From positions 1,110,001 to 1,142,000 of the forward strand of contig NZ_CP074694.1 in assembly GCF_018398935.1 (NCBI RefSeq): 32,000 nt of DNA, in the 5' to 3' direction. Source of the stretch: Telmatocola sphagniphila. Its GTDB lineage: Bacteria > Planctomycetota > Planctomycetia > Gemmatales > Gemmataceae. The notes beneath the pieces were generated by a model that saw nothing but the letters and a program-made list of their open reading frames with translations, was not told the DNA's origin and made no database searches. Positions 1-8,349 of this stretch are shown piece after piece. The translations under genes were made by a program, and so were the position numbers. Numbering within the stretch: the first letter of the stretch is position 1; each line of letters starts with the position of its first letter.

Positions 1-69
1 GGCGATAACTTCTTTTCGGTCGTATCGTACAATGAAGTTATGAAGAATATTTGCGAGGAGTAAGAATAG

Positions 70-1380
70 ATGCATCCTATGACGATGACGGAAAAGATAC
101 TCGCTAAGGCGGCGGGCCGGGATTCGGTTTCTCCAGGCGACAATGTCTGGGTTAATGTCGATGTCTTGATGACTCATGATGTTTGCGGCCCCGGAACGAT
201 AGGGATTTTCAAAAAGCATTTTGGCGGAGTCGAGGCCAAAGTGTGGGATCGAGAAAAGGTTGTGATCATTCCCGACCATTACATCTTCACCAAGGATGCA
301 ATGGCTAACCGGAATGTCGACGTTCTGCGGGATTTCGCAAAAGAACAGAATCTGCCTTACTTCTACGATGTTGGCACCAACCGATACAAAGGCGTATGCC
401 ATATCGCATTGCCCGAAGAAGGCCATACCCGTCCTGGCGAAGTGCTTCTGGGAACCGATAGCCATACCTGCACTGCCGGGGCTTTTGGCGAATTCGCCAC
501 GGGTGTTGGTAATACCGATGCGGGTTTCACCATGGGAACCGGCAAAACCTGGCTGAAAGTTCCGCCCACCATGCGATTCGTATTTCATGGAAAGATGCCG
601 CCCTATCTGATGGCCAAGGATTTGATTCTGGCTGTTATTGGCGATATTGGCTGTGATGGAGCCACCTATCGGGCGATGGAATTCGATGGCGATGGTGTTT
701 ATGCTCTGAACATTGAAGAGCGAATGACCCTATGCAATATGGTCATCGAGGCAGGTGGCAAAAATGGGGTGATCTATCCCGATCAGCTGACACTCGATTA
801 CGTGAACAAGCGAAATGCTGGAAACAGGCCGTATACGGTCTTTAAATCGGATAGTGATGCGAAATTCATTTTCGAAAAAGTCTACGATGTTTCCAAGCTG
901 GAGCCGGTGATCGCCAAGCCGCATAGCCCGGACAATAAAGCCTTCGTGTCGCAAGTTCGGGGAACACACCTGGATCGCGCCTACATCGGCTCTTGCACCG
1001 GCGGCAAGATTACCGACTTCATCGCGGCCGCGAATATTCTCAAAGGTAAATCGGTTCGAATCGACACCTTCGTCGTGCCCGCGACTACCGAAGTCGCCAG
1101 TGCCTTGAAGACCGAAACCATCGGCGGCGTTTCCCTGGAAAATATATTCCTCAACGCTGGGGCGAAAATCGGAGAGGCTTCCTGTGCGGCTTGCCTCGGC
1201 GGACCTTCGGATACCTTTGGCCGATTGAATACGCCGATCAGTTGCATTAGCACAACGAATCGAAATTTCCCGGGCCGAATGGGACACAAAGAGGCAAAAG
1301 TTTTCCTGGCTTCACCCATGACTGTTGCAGCCAGCGCTCTGAAAGGGGAGATAACCGATCCCCGCGATCTGCTTGTCTAA
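70..1380 (+). CDS. leuC: 3-isopropylmalate dehydratase / homoaconitase large subunit (aconitase family, short type-2 form)
   Basis: 436-aa ORF. ATG at 70 follows GAGGAG at 55-60. Aconitase-family Fe-S ligand motifs are present: GTDSHT, GSCTGGKITDF, CAACLGG, STTNRNFPGRMG. N-terminus MTEKILAKA is typical of LeuC/HacA. No small-subunit gene follows it. Confidence 0.9.
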   Translation: MHPMTMTEKILAKAAGRDSVSPGDNVWVNVDVLMTHDVCGPGTIGIFKKHFGGVEAKVWDREKVVIIPDHYIFTKDAMANRNVDVLRDFAKEQNLPYFYDVGTNRYKGVCHIALPEEGHTRPGEVLLGTDSHTCTAGAFGEFATGVGNTDAGFTMGTGKTWLKVPPTMRFVFHGKMPPYLMAKDLILAVIGDIGCDGATYRAMEFDGDGVYALNIEERMTLCNMVIEAGGKNGVIYPDQLTLDYVNKRNAGNRPYTVFKSDSDAKFIFEKVYDVSKLEPVIAKPHSPDNKAFVSQVRGTHLDRAYIGSCTGGKITDFIAAANILKGKSVRIDTFVVPATTEVASALKTETIGGVSLENIFLNAGAKIGEASCAACLGGPSDTFGRLNTPISCISTTNRNFPGRMGHKEAKVFLASPMTVAASALKGEITDPRDLLV

Positions 1381-1381
1381 T

Positions 1382-1411
1382 AAAAAAAGAGCCAGTGAGA
1401 TTCACTGGCTC
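1382..1411 (-). terminator. Rho-independent terminator for the 2625..1444 minus-strand operon (possibly also stops leuC)
   Basis: Perfect 9-bp stem GAGCCAGTG / CACTGGCTC (1389-1397 / 1403-1411) with a 5-nt loop. On the minus strand it is followed by a U7 tract (A-run 1382-1388). It lies 32 nt past the minus-strand stop codon and 8 nt past the leuC stop. Confidence 0.75.
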
Positions 1412-1443
1412 TATCGCTTTCTAATTTCAAATCCGTCGCCCGA

Positions 1444-2139
1444 TCAATCCGCCGAGTAGCGATCAATCTGCTGGTGTGCGGTAAACTTCCAGACAATTTC
1501 GTTTGCCATCTTACGAATGAATTCGATCTGGAACTTCGAAGGGGTGATATCCGAAGCCTCGACTAGCCGGCCGTGCGGATAATCCAGATTCATCTCGGTC
1601 TTGTAGGCGGGCTCTTCGGTCGCCTTCGCCATCTCATAAGCGTTGATCGAGATGTTCGCCTGGCCCTTCATCAACTGACGGCCCGTTCGAGGTTCATAGA
1701 TTCGGAAATCCTTCTGGATTTCGATGTTGATCACGTAATCCGCGTTGAATTTCTGGCCGATTTCCACCGGCGAAAGCAACGACCAGCCGGTATTGTCTGA
1801 CTTCCATTTTTCAACTTGCTGAGCCGATACAACGGAGACTTTTTCCTTGTTTCGCTTCAGGTTTTCATCCAGAATTCGGACCACATCGATGCTCAACGAA
1901 CGATCGATGCCTATGAATTCCGAAGAGATGCCGGGTTGGGTCGAGACCAGCACAACGACCTTGGCATCTTCATGATCCTTGGTCCGTTTCGCCGGCACCT
2001 TGAGAGCAAATTCCGAGGGAGTTTGCGTGTCGTCTTTCCCGAGAAGGAAAGGAGCCAGAACAGGATTGCAACCCATGCCCGCCACGATAATCAGGACGAT
2101 ACTCAGGCATCGCCGTTTCCATTTCGCTTCCATGCCCAT
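1444..2139 (-). CDS. Exported protein of unknown function (possible lipoprotein)
   Basis: 231-aa ORF. AAGGGGG Shine-Dalgarno sequence lies upstream of the ATG. N-terminus has KWKRR, then hydrophobic core LSIVLIIVAGMGC ending in Cys. The start is 9 nt after the stop of the upstream DUF2752 gene. The alpha/beta-like pattern (AKVVVLVS...ADYVINIEI) loosely recalls the LpoB/CsgG-like lipoprotein fold, but I cannot confirm that. Confidence 0.65.
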   Translation of the reverse strand: MGMEAKWKRRCLSIVLIIVAGMGCNPVLAPFLLGKDDTQTPSEFALKVPAKRTKDHEDAKVVVLVSTQPGISSEFIGIDRSLSIDVVRILDENLKRNKEKVSVVSAQQVEKWKSDNTGWSLLSPVEIGQKFNADYVINIEIQKDFRIYEPRTGRQLMKGQANISINAYEMAKATEEPAYKTEMNLDYPHGRLVEASDITPSKFQIEFIRKMANEIVWKFTAHQQIDRYSAD

Positions 2140-2148
2140 CCCCCTTTG

Positions 2149-2625
2149 TCAGCGTTTCGCTAACCAGAGCTCCAGCAGAACGATTCCCCACCGTACCAGC
2201 ATCAGCAACGTGAATATCAAAACAGCGATATACGAAGCCTTTTCGAGGGATCGAATCCAGAGATACTTCCCTCGAAAACTGACCAGTACGGACCAGGGGA
2301 TTAACGCCAGCCAGCTTATTGCCAGGAGTGTTCCCACCCAGTTTGCTTGTAATGATCCCCCGATGTCCCCGTGCATCAACAAAGAGAAACTCGTTGTCAT
2401 GCCGCAAGAGGGACACGGCTTACCGAACAGTGTTACAAAACGGCACGGCGGCAGCCCCAGCTGCGTGTGCGTTTCCATCTTCAAAGCCTGGCCCGAATCG
2501 TCGTACGGATTCAGTTTCCAAGCCGTTATGAAGATTGCGGTCAAGCCCAGAGCTACGAGGAAGAGCCCACCTCGGACCCAGTACCGTACGGCTCGAGCTT
2601 GCTGTGCTTCACTGTGGGAAGCCAT
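2149..2625 (-). CDS. DUF2752 domain-containing membrane protein
   Basis: Contains the DUF2752 signature GKPCPSCGMTTSFSLLMHGD plus about four hydrophobic helices. I chose the ATG at 2625 (MASHSE...). The 2649 start in the ORF track is a GTG. Confidence 0.8.
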   Translation of the reverse strand: MASHSEAQQARAVRYWVRGGLFLVALGLTAIFITAWKLNPYDDSGQALKMETHTQLGLPPCRFVTLFGKPCPSCGMTTSFSLLMHGDIGGSLQANWVGTLLAISWLALIPWSVLVSFRGKYLWIRSLEKASYIAVLIFTLLMLVRWGIVLLELWLAKR

Positions 2626-2637
2626 ATAAAACCCCGT

Positions 2638-3645
2638 GTGGAAATACACGAACCTCTAAAGAACGCAACCCCAAAAACCGACGAAGTGAAAGCAATTCCT
2701 TTCGCCGATCAACTTATTTTACCCGATTTACAGACGAGCGGGATTATCGCCCTCTCGGGCGGAGCAGACAGTGTCTGTCTGACACGCGTTCTTTGCCAAA
2801 TGGGCTGCCGTCCGGTACTGGCGCATCTCAATCACCAGCTACGAGGGAACGAAAGCGACCGGGATGCGGCATTCGTCGTTCAATTGGCTCGCGCGGAGAA
2901 TCTTACCCTCGAGTTGGATTCTGTCGATGTCAAATCGCGAACCGAAGAAGCCAGTCTGGAAAATGTTTGCCGGGGGATCCGCTACGAATTTCTATTAAGG
3001 GTCGCTCGAAAACATCACGCTAGCTGGGTGGCGACTGGTCATACCGCGGATGACCAGGCGGAGACCGTGATTCATCGAATTCTGCGGGGCACGGGATTGC
3101 AGGGGCTTCAGGGAATCAGCCCGAAGCGAATGCTCGGCGAAAACGTTGAAGTGATTCGCCCATTATTGAAGGTTACGCGATCCGAAATTGAGGCTTATCT
3201 TCAGCAGTTGGGGCAATCGTTCTGTAGCGATTCATCAAATCTGGACTCGCAATTCACCCGCAACAGGATTCGACATAAGATTCTGCCTGTGCTGAAGGAA
3301 GAAAGTCCGGCGCTGGTTGAACTGTTAGGGCGGTTGGCCGAGCAGGCGGGGGAAGTGCAGAACTATCTCGGCGGGCTGGCGGAATCTGCGCTCCGAGATT
3401 GTGAAGCCGCACGTGCCGGGAGAACAATCGTGATCAAAAGGAAGCTTCTCCCGTCGAACGACGTTCTACTCAAAGAGATGGTGCGATTGCTGTGGATTCG
3501 AGAGAACTGGAGCGCGGGCGATATGACCCAGAACCACTGGAGTTCGCTTGTCGCAATGATCCGGGATGGACAGGCCCGGGCAGATTTCCCCGGCCGAATC
3601 CGCATAATAAATGACGGTCGGGTTCTCTTGTTGGAACCGTTTTAA
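2638..3645 (+). CDS. tilS: tRNA(Ile)-lysidine synthetase
   Basis: PP-loop motif ALSGGADSVCL and the TilS block ATGHTADDQAETVIHRILRGTGLQGL are present. The 2371 start in the ORF track is fully antisense to the DUF2752 gene and is rejected. In-frame GTG codons at 2638 and 2686 are the plausible starts, and no ATG is available, so the start is uncertain. Confidence 0.85.
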   Translation: MEIHEPLKNATPKTDEVKAIPFADQLILPDLQTSGIIALSGGADSVCLTRVLCQMGCRPVLAHLNHQLRGNESDRDAAFVVQLARAENLTLELDSVDVKSRTEEASLENVCRGIRYEFLLRVARKHHASWVATGHTADDQAETVIHRILRGTGLQGLQGISPKRMLGENVEVIRPLLKVTRSEIEAYLQQLGQSFCSDSSNLDSQFTRNRIRHKILPVLKEESPALVELLGRLAEQAGEVQNYLGGLAESALRDCEAARAGRTIVIKRKLLPSNDVLLKEMVRLLWIRENWSAGDMTQNHWSSLVAMIRDGQARADFPGRIRIINDGRVLLLEPF

Positions 3646-3650
3646 TTCAC

Positions 3651-6600
3651 TTACTTTTCTGGTGGAGTGTTCAGGTAAGGCTCGATCTTGAGATCGTCGA
3701 TGAAAGCCTGACCCATGGCGGTTAGAACCATGCTCACCCAAATCGTTCCGCTATCCGGAACGCGACGATAAAGACGGAACTGCTTCCAGCCCTGTGTAAT
3801 ATCGGTAGCTCGGACTCCGAGGCTCTCGCCACCCGCGCTGTCGTAGATCAATAAACCGTCCGCGCTACCCCGCAGAGGTTGGGCGATGTAATACCATCCC
3901 GAGATACGAACCCAGGTACCCGGCTGAACGCGAACCGGTGGAGAATGCACTGCCAAAAAGGTTCGATCGAGAAGGCTGGGAGCGTACATTTTTTTGCCGC
4001 TGGGTGTATTCACGTCTTTAGCAGTCACCATCAGTCGCAGACAGGATTCGCCCAGATCGGGCTGCAGCGGATCCGATTTTTCCGGAATCCGCGACATGCT
4101 GGACGGGCGATAAATATCTCGCTTGGGTTCGGGCTTCTTCGGAGGGAGAGTGACTTTCGCAATCTTACTGTCGATGAGCCCCGCTTCCAAATCGACGGAA
4201 TCGAGCGTGGCCTGCTGGACACTCCAACCCTGCGGTAATTCCACTTCATCACCATTGGGTTTGGAGAATACCTGTCGGCTCTTTCCTTCAAAATCGCCGT
4301 CGCGTAACAGATTGGCACCGAGGCTCAATTCGCCAAGCCGGCTTTCCAGCCGATAGTGCTGCGGAAGAGTTTGGTAGCTCACGGCGTAAGGGCTGGCAGA
4401 AGCGAAATCGAGCCGCTTCACTGCGGTTTCCCATTGAGCTCGCATCAAGGCTCGCAACGGTCGCAGTACTCGCATCGATTCCTGATAGGCCAGCTCATCT
4501 TTTTTCTGCGTGAGTAAGCTTCGCGCGGAATCGAGTCGATTCTGGGCTTGGATTAACAGTCCCGCCGCCAGATCCAGTGCGGGGGCAACCCCTTCCAGAT
4601 CGGCGTGCTGCTTCTTGACTCGCTCGAATTCCAAGTCGGCTAATTCGACAGCCCATTCAGCGGCCTGACGCGTTACGCGCTGGCTGTAATCCTGCCATCT
4701 CGCCACTAAGCCATTCTGCTCCTGATCATTGGTAAAAACGATCGCGGTGGTTAAATCGAATTCGGGAATAACAACCTTGGTACCGCCGACGACTTCCTTA
4801 CTGTTAAGCTGCAGACTCTGCACGCGGCCCGGAGTGATTTCCCAGATGGCCATGTTCGTCGGTACCAGTGGTACCACGATAGTGAGATCCCCTACAGCTC
4901 CCTGAGCGGGTACGAATTGCGAACCAGCTCCCAGCCAAACTGGAATCACCAGAATACCACGTTCCCCACGCAAAACAGCGAATTTCACATCCGGTTTTCC
5001 CGGCACATCGTGCCAGGTAGGCGCAGTGCGAATCGATTGCAACACCGGTTCCAGCATCGTCAATTCTTGATTGAGCAAGGCCATCATCAAGAGACGTTCT
5101 TTCCCATGTCGCACGTCCGTCAGAAAACGATCCGACCAGTAACCGATTCCCTTGGCCCCGCAAGCGATGCTTAAATAGGTCAAAATTCGAATCTGCTCCG
5201 GGGTCGGGTTGAATCCTTCGTTCAGATCGTTGACGTTATCTCGACCATACAGCAGCTTCACCTGCCAGTCGGGTACGTGAGTCTGAACCCAGGACCAGGT
5301 GAAGACCCCTTCGCCCGCCAGGAGTGTTCGCTGCATCAGGAAATCCCGATGACTCGTTAATTCCAGGCTTGTAAGCAGTGGATTGCGATGCAGGCTGATC
5401 ATTTCGACTTGCGTTGAATAACGACGTGCGCCGTCCCATACATCCACGCTGCGCGGGCGGCTGGGATCCGAGGCACGAATAGCCGCGGCGGTCCGTGAAA
5501 CGAGACTAATTTGTTCAGAAGAGCGGCCTGGCCCCAAATCGTAGGCGAGAACTCCATCGCCCCTGGAATACTTGGTCAAAGCCGCCGTTAAAGCTTCCGT
5601 GGAATTCGTATTTGCCACGGGCAGATCGGAATTGGCCTGACGACTCGTGAGTTGGTTGGCCGGTTTGGAATCTCCCAGCAAGGGCATACGGGGAATCAGC
5701 CAAAGGCCGTTACCCACGGCTTCGTCAATAACTTTCTGATCGGTGTCGCCATCCAGGAACAGGGTATTGAAACCTTTATCTTTGAGCTCTTTAAGATTGC
5801 CACCGCCCGAGTAACGGATTACCCGGGGAAAGAAAGGCTGTCCATCGATTCGAATCTTCCCTCCCTCAAAGCGAACCTGCATTCCCTTGGGATTTCGCGT
5901 GGGTGTCACCAGAGGTACCGTAGAACCGGAACCGGGTGGCGAGACGTGTCCTTTGGGAAGGTCGGGCATGGCGGTGCTTTTCTCGCCATTCAAAGTCGGT
6001 GCAGCGACGTTGGGTGCCACGACCGGACTGATTTCCAGATCGTCTATCTGAACTTCCACGGTCCCTGGCCCGGTGTACAAGTTCAGAATCAGTCGATCGA
6101 TATAAGCATCCGTCAAATCGATGTCTTTTTTGAGTTCCTGACGAAGCTTTTGCTGCTGTTCCTGTAGTAGTTTTCGAGGTCTAGGCAGATCGAGCCGCTG
6201 CCAGGAACGGACATGCTTAAGAGTGTCTCCGACTAGAAATACCGTCAGCGGTTCGCCCAGATTCTGTGGGTCGCGCTCGCGAGGCAAAACCGCTCGGGCG
6301 AGGAGTTGGACGCCCTGCTTACTACCGCGAATATAGACGCTGGCTGTCAACTCCTCGGAAATGGGAGCCTGGGGCGTCTTATAGGTGTAGAAGATAAAAT
6401 TGTTGTCGTTCTTACCTTGATCGCAATTTAGGATGATCTGCTCGGAGTAAGTTCCCCGGTGAGCGAAAGCATCAGTGACGCTATGCGATTTTTCTTCGTA
6501 CTTGACGTTGTTTTCACTGCTCAACCAGAAGGGTTGCTTGCTTTCGAAGCCATTTCGATGGACAGAAGACTGCGCGAATGCAAGCTTTACATTGCAAAGT

Positions 6601-6671
6601 GAAACGGTAGCTAAGAAGGGAACGATGGCTATGAGTAAATAGCCGATATTGCCCCGATTGTGGCAGCGCAT
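3651..6671 (-). CDS. Large exported protein: jelly-roll (CBM-like) domain, TIM-barrel glycoside-hydrolase-like region, coiled coil, second jelly-roll domain
   Basis: 1006-aa ORF. AAGGAG lies 7 nt upstream of the ATG. Signal peptide is LLIAIVPFLATVSLCNVKLAFA/QS. Both ends begin with an NGFE/DGDFEG-type motif and end with IDDLEISP / IDDLKIEP. The central segment FFPRVIRYSGGGNLKELKDKGFNTLFLDG...GLWLIP resembles a clan GH-A barrel. The functional call is tentative. Confidence 0.8.
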   Translation of the reverse strand: MRCHNRGNIGYLLIAIVPFLATVSLCNVKLAFAQSSVHRNGFESKQPFWLSSENNVKYEEKSHSVTDAFAHRGTYSEQIILNCDQGKNDNNFIFYTYKTPQAPISEELTASVYIRGSKQGVQLLARAVLPRERDPQNLGEPLTVFLVGDTLKHVRSWQRLDLPRPRKLLQEQQQKLRQELKKDIDLTDAYIDRLILNLYTGPGTVEVQIDDLEISPVVAPNVAAPTLNGEKSTAMPDLPKGHVSPPGSGSTVPLVTPTRNPKGMQVRFEGGKIRIDGQPFFPRVIRYSGGGNLKELKDKGFNTLFLDGDTDQKVIDEAVGNGLWLIPRMPLLGDSKPANQLTSRQANSDLPVANTNSTEALTAALTKYSRGDGVLAYDLGPGRSSEQISLVSRTAAAIRASDPSRPRSVDVWDGARRYSTQVEMISLHRNPLLTSLELTSHRDFLMQRTLLAGEGVFTWSWVQTHVPDWQVKLLYGRDNVNDLNEGFNPTPEQIRILTYLSIACGAKGIGYWSDRFLTDVRHGKERLLMMALLNQELTMLEPVLQSIRTAPTWHDVPGKPDVKFAVLRGERGILVIPVWLGAGSQFVPAQGAVGDLTIVVPLVPTNMAIWEITPGRVQSLQLNSKEVVGGTKVVIPEFDLTTAIVFTNDQEQNGLVARWQDYSQRVTRQAAEWAVELADLEFERVKKQHADLEGVAPALDLAAGLLIQAQNRLDSARSLLTQKKDELAYQESMRVLRPLRALMRAQWETAVKRLDFASASPYAVSYQTLPQHYRLESRLGELSLGANLLRDGDFEGKSRQVFSKPNGDEVELPQGWSVQQATLDSVDLEAGLIDSKIAKVTLPPKKPEPKRDIYRPSSMSRIPEKSDPLQPDLGESCLRLMVTAKDVNTPSGKKMYAPSLLDRTFLAVHSPPVRVQPGTWVRISGWYYIAQPLRGSADGLLIYDSAGGESLGVRATDITQGWKQFRLYRRVPDSGTIWVSMVLTAMGQAFIDDLKIEPYLNTPPEK

Positions 6672-6763
6672 GCAAGCAACTCCTTTTGCCTGACTTGCGG
6701 AGATGGGCGATCTCCTCAGACAATCGTCTTGCTTGTAACCGAAGTGGCAAAAGGGAGCAAGAG

Positions 6764-6790
6764 GGAGCCGGATAGAAGCGGTCCGGCTCC
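6764..6790 (-). terminator. Candidate terminator hairpin after the 6798..8255 gene
   Basis: 9-bp stem GGAGCCGGA / TCCGGCTCC with a 9-nt loop, starting 8 nt after the stop codon. The downstream tail on the minus strand, CTCTTGCTCCCTTTTGCC, is pyrimidine-rich but not a clean U-tract. Confidence 0.4.
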
Positions 6791-6797
6791 AGCGAGC

Positions 6798-8255
6798 TTA
6801 GCGAATTTTGGCTTTGAAGGTGATGACGCCCGATTGACCCGGCATCAATCGATCGGACAGAGTCCATTTCAGAACCACTGAACCTGCTTCGTTCGGAGAA
6901 ATGGTCAGAGTCATCGGTCGATCGCTCTTGGCGGAGTCGAGTAGGTACTCCAGACGGGCGGTGAGGCTGTCAGATACAACCACATCGCTGATCGGTTCCA
7001 CCGTGGGGTTGTAATACCGCAGAGTGAAAGTCACCACTTCGCCTATCTTCTCCGGATTGAGCGGTTCCACACGCTTCTGTAGCATCAGAGTGCAATTCGG
7101 GAAGAAGGTCAGATCTTCTGCCTCGATTGACTCAGTCGCGACTTTAATCCCCTTAACTTGACCTACGATAGTAGCTCGCTGCATCGCGTCGAAAGCATGG
7201 GGACCTTGCTGGCCGATCTGGGCACTGGCACGAACGGTGCTAATCGCCCCATGCAACTGATCGATGGATGAGGCGGTCAGTGCGGGTTGTTTGATTTGAG
7301 CGAGAAGAATGCCGTTAGCCCCCAGATTGACCTTAGGGCCTTGAACGACCAGATTCACTTCGGGGATTGTCGACGAGCGAAGCGCGATGAATCGGGGAAC
7401 GCAGATACAAACCCGGTTAGAAGTCTGAACTTTGCGTCCCTTCGAACCAGTCCACTCGATGGCGGTATCCGAAGCATCCAGCCCGTACAACTGGCTGTTC
7501 GCTCCGACCCCCAGCGGTGTTTTTTGATCCCCCCCATCGTGGAGGCATTCGTAGTTGGAAATCTTCGGCCCAATTACGGGATCGAACATGGGTATCGCGG
7601 ACGGCCAGAACTGCGGAGCTGCGGCTGGAGTCGGTATCGGCGAGGAGCCCACTGTCCAAATGGTTCCCGGAGTATTCTCGAACTGCAATTCCGAAGGGTA
7701 GTACGGCCGTTCACCCATTCGCAGCACGACAACGATTCGTCCTTTTTCCCGGGCTTCTTTCTGAGCCTCGACTTCTGTTAGAGAGTTGAATTCCAGGGGA
7801 GCATCCGGCTTGCTGGCCATACCCGCAGCGACATCCGGATTTTCGAGGTAGTAAACCTTACTGATCAATTTTCCGGCCAGGGCCTCACGAATATCCTGCT
7901 CGCTCAAAACAAAGGGAACCGGATGTTTGGTCGGATCCATGCCCTGGGGAGAATGCAAGCTGCCCAGCACTTCCAGCGAAGGATAGAGCCGGGTTCCCGG
8001 GAAATCGGGGAGGTTCGAAATCTCGAAGCGATAGTTGTAACCGGGACGCAAACCGAGTGTGGTGCCTTCGGATATGGTCACGGCCGAGGTGGTTCCGGGA
8101 TAGTAGGTGATTTTCGTTTTCTCCGGCCCCTTGAACTTGGCGTAGAGAAACGGAGAAGGAATTGGCCCTCTCGGTTGTCCCTGTGCCAGGAGCGAAGTGG
8201 CCGAGATAGCTAACAGACTGAGTGCGGTGAAGAATTTCATGGTAACAATCCGCAT
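6798..8255 (-). CDS. Exported protein with N-terminal uncharacterised conserved domain and C-terminal DUF11-type repeat domain
   Basis: 485-aa ORF. Signal peptide is MKFFTALSLLAISATSLLAQ; the start could be the ATG at 8255 or at 8240. The C-terminal segment IGEVVTFTLRYYNPTVEPISDVVVSDSLTARLEYL...GQSGVITFKAKI matches the DUF11 (conserved repeat domain) pattern. Confidence 0.8.
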   Translation of the reverse strand: MRIVTMKFFTALSLLAISATSLLAQGQPRGPIPSPFLYAKFKGPEKTKITYYPGTTSAVTISEGTTLGLRPGYNYRFEISNLPDFPGTRLYPSLEVLGSLHSPQGMDPTKHPVPFVLSEQDIREALAGKLISKVYYLENPDVAAGMASKPDAPLEFNSLTEVEAQKEAREKGRIVVVLRMGERPYYPSELQFENTPGTIWTVGSSPIPTPAAAPQFWPSAIPMFDPVIGPKISNYECLHDGGDQKTPLGVGANSQLYGLDASDTAIEWTGSKGRKVQTSNRVCICVPRFIALRSSTIPEVNLVVQGPKVNLGANGILLAQIKQPALTASSIDQLHGAISTVRASAQIGQQGPHAFDAMQRATIVGQVKGIKVATESIEAEDLTFFPNCTLMLQKRVEPLNPEKIGEVVTFTLRYYNPTVEPISDVVVSDSLTARLEYLLDSAKSDRPMTLTISPNEAGSVVLKWTLSDRLMPGQSGVITFKAKIR

Positions 8256-8276
8256 CGGTATTTTCGTATCTCTGTC

Positions 8277-8318
8277 TAAAACAAAAGGGATAGTTGGAGA
8301 GATTCTCGCAACTATCCC
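8277..8318 (-). terminator. Rho-independent terminator after the 8350..9624 gene
   Basis: Perfect 10-bp stem GGGATAGTTG / CAACTATCCC (8287-8296 / 8309-8318) with a 12-nt loop. On the minus strand it is followed immediately by TTTTGTTTTT (8277-8286). It lies 31 nt downstream of the stop codon. Confidence 0.8.
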
Positions 8319-8349
8319 GCCGTGATTTAATTTCCACCTTCATCCGGCA

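Noticed and set aside
70-1411. leuC-type large subunit with no small-subunit (leuD) gene downstream.
   Set aside because: A terminator and a convergent gene do follow leuC. However, leuD could lie upstream of the window or elsewhere in the genome, and separated leuC/leuD genes are not rare. This cannot be assessed from the window.
1979-2629. 216-aa plus-strand ORF, and the 2371 start proposed for the 424-aa tilS ORF.
   Set aside because: Both overlap the DUF2752 and exported-protein genes on the opposite strand. The extra ~90 N-terminal residues of the long tilS ORF have no TilS similarity. The PP-loop lies about 45 aa after the GTG at 2638, which is a normal distance.
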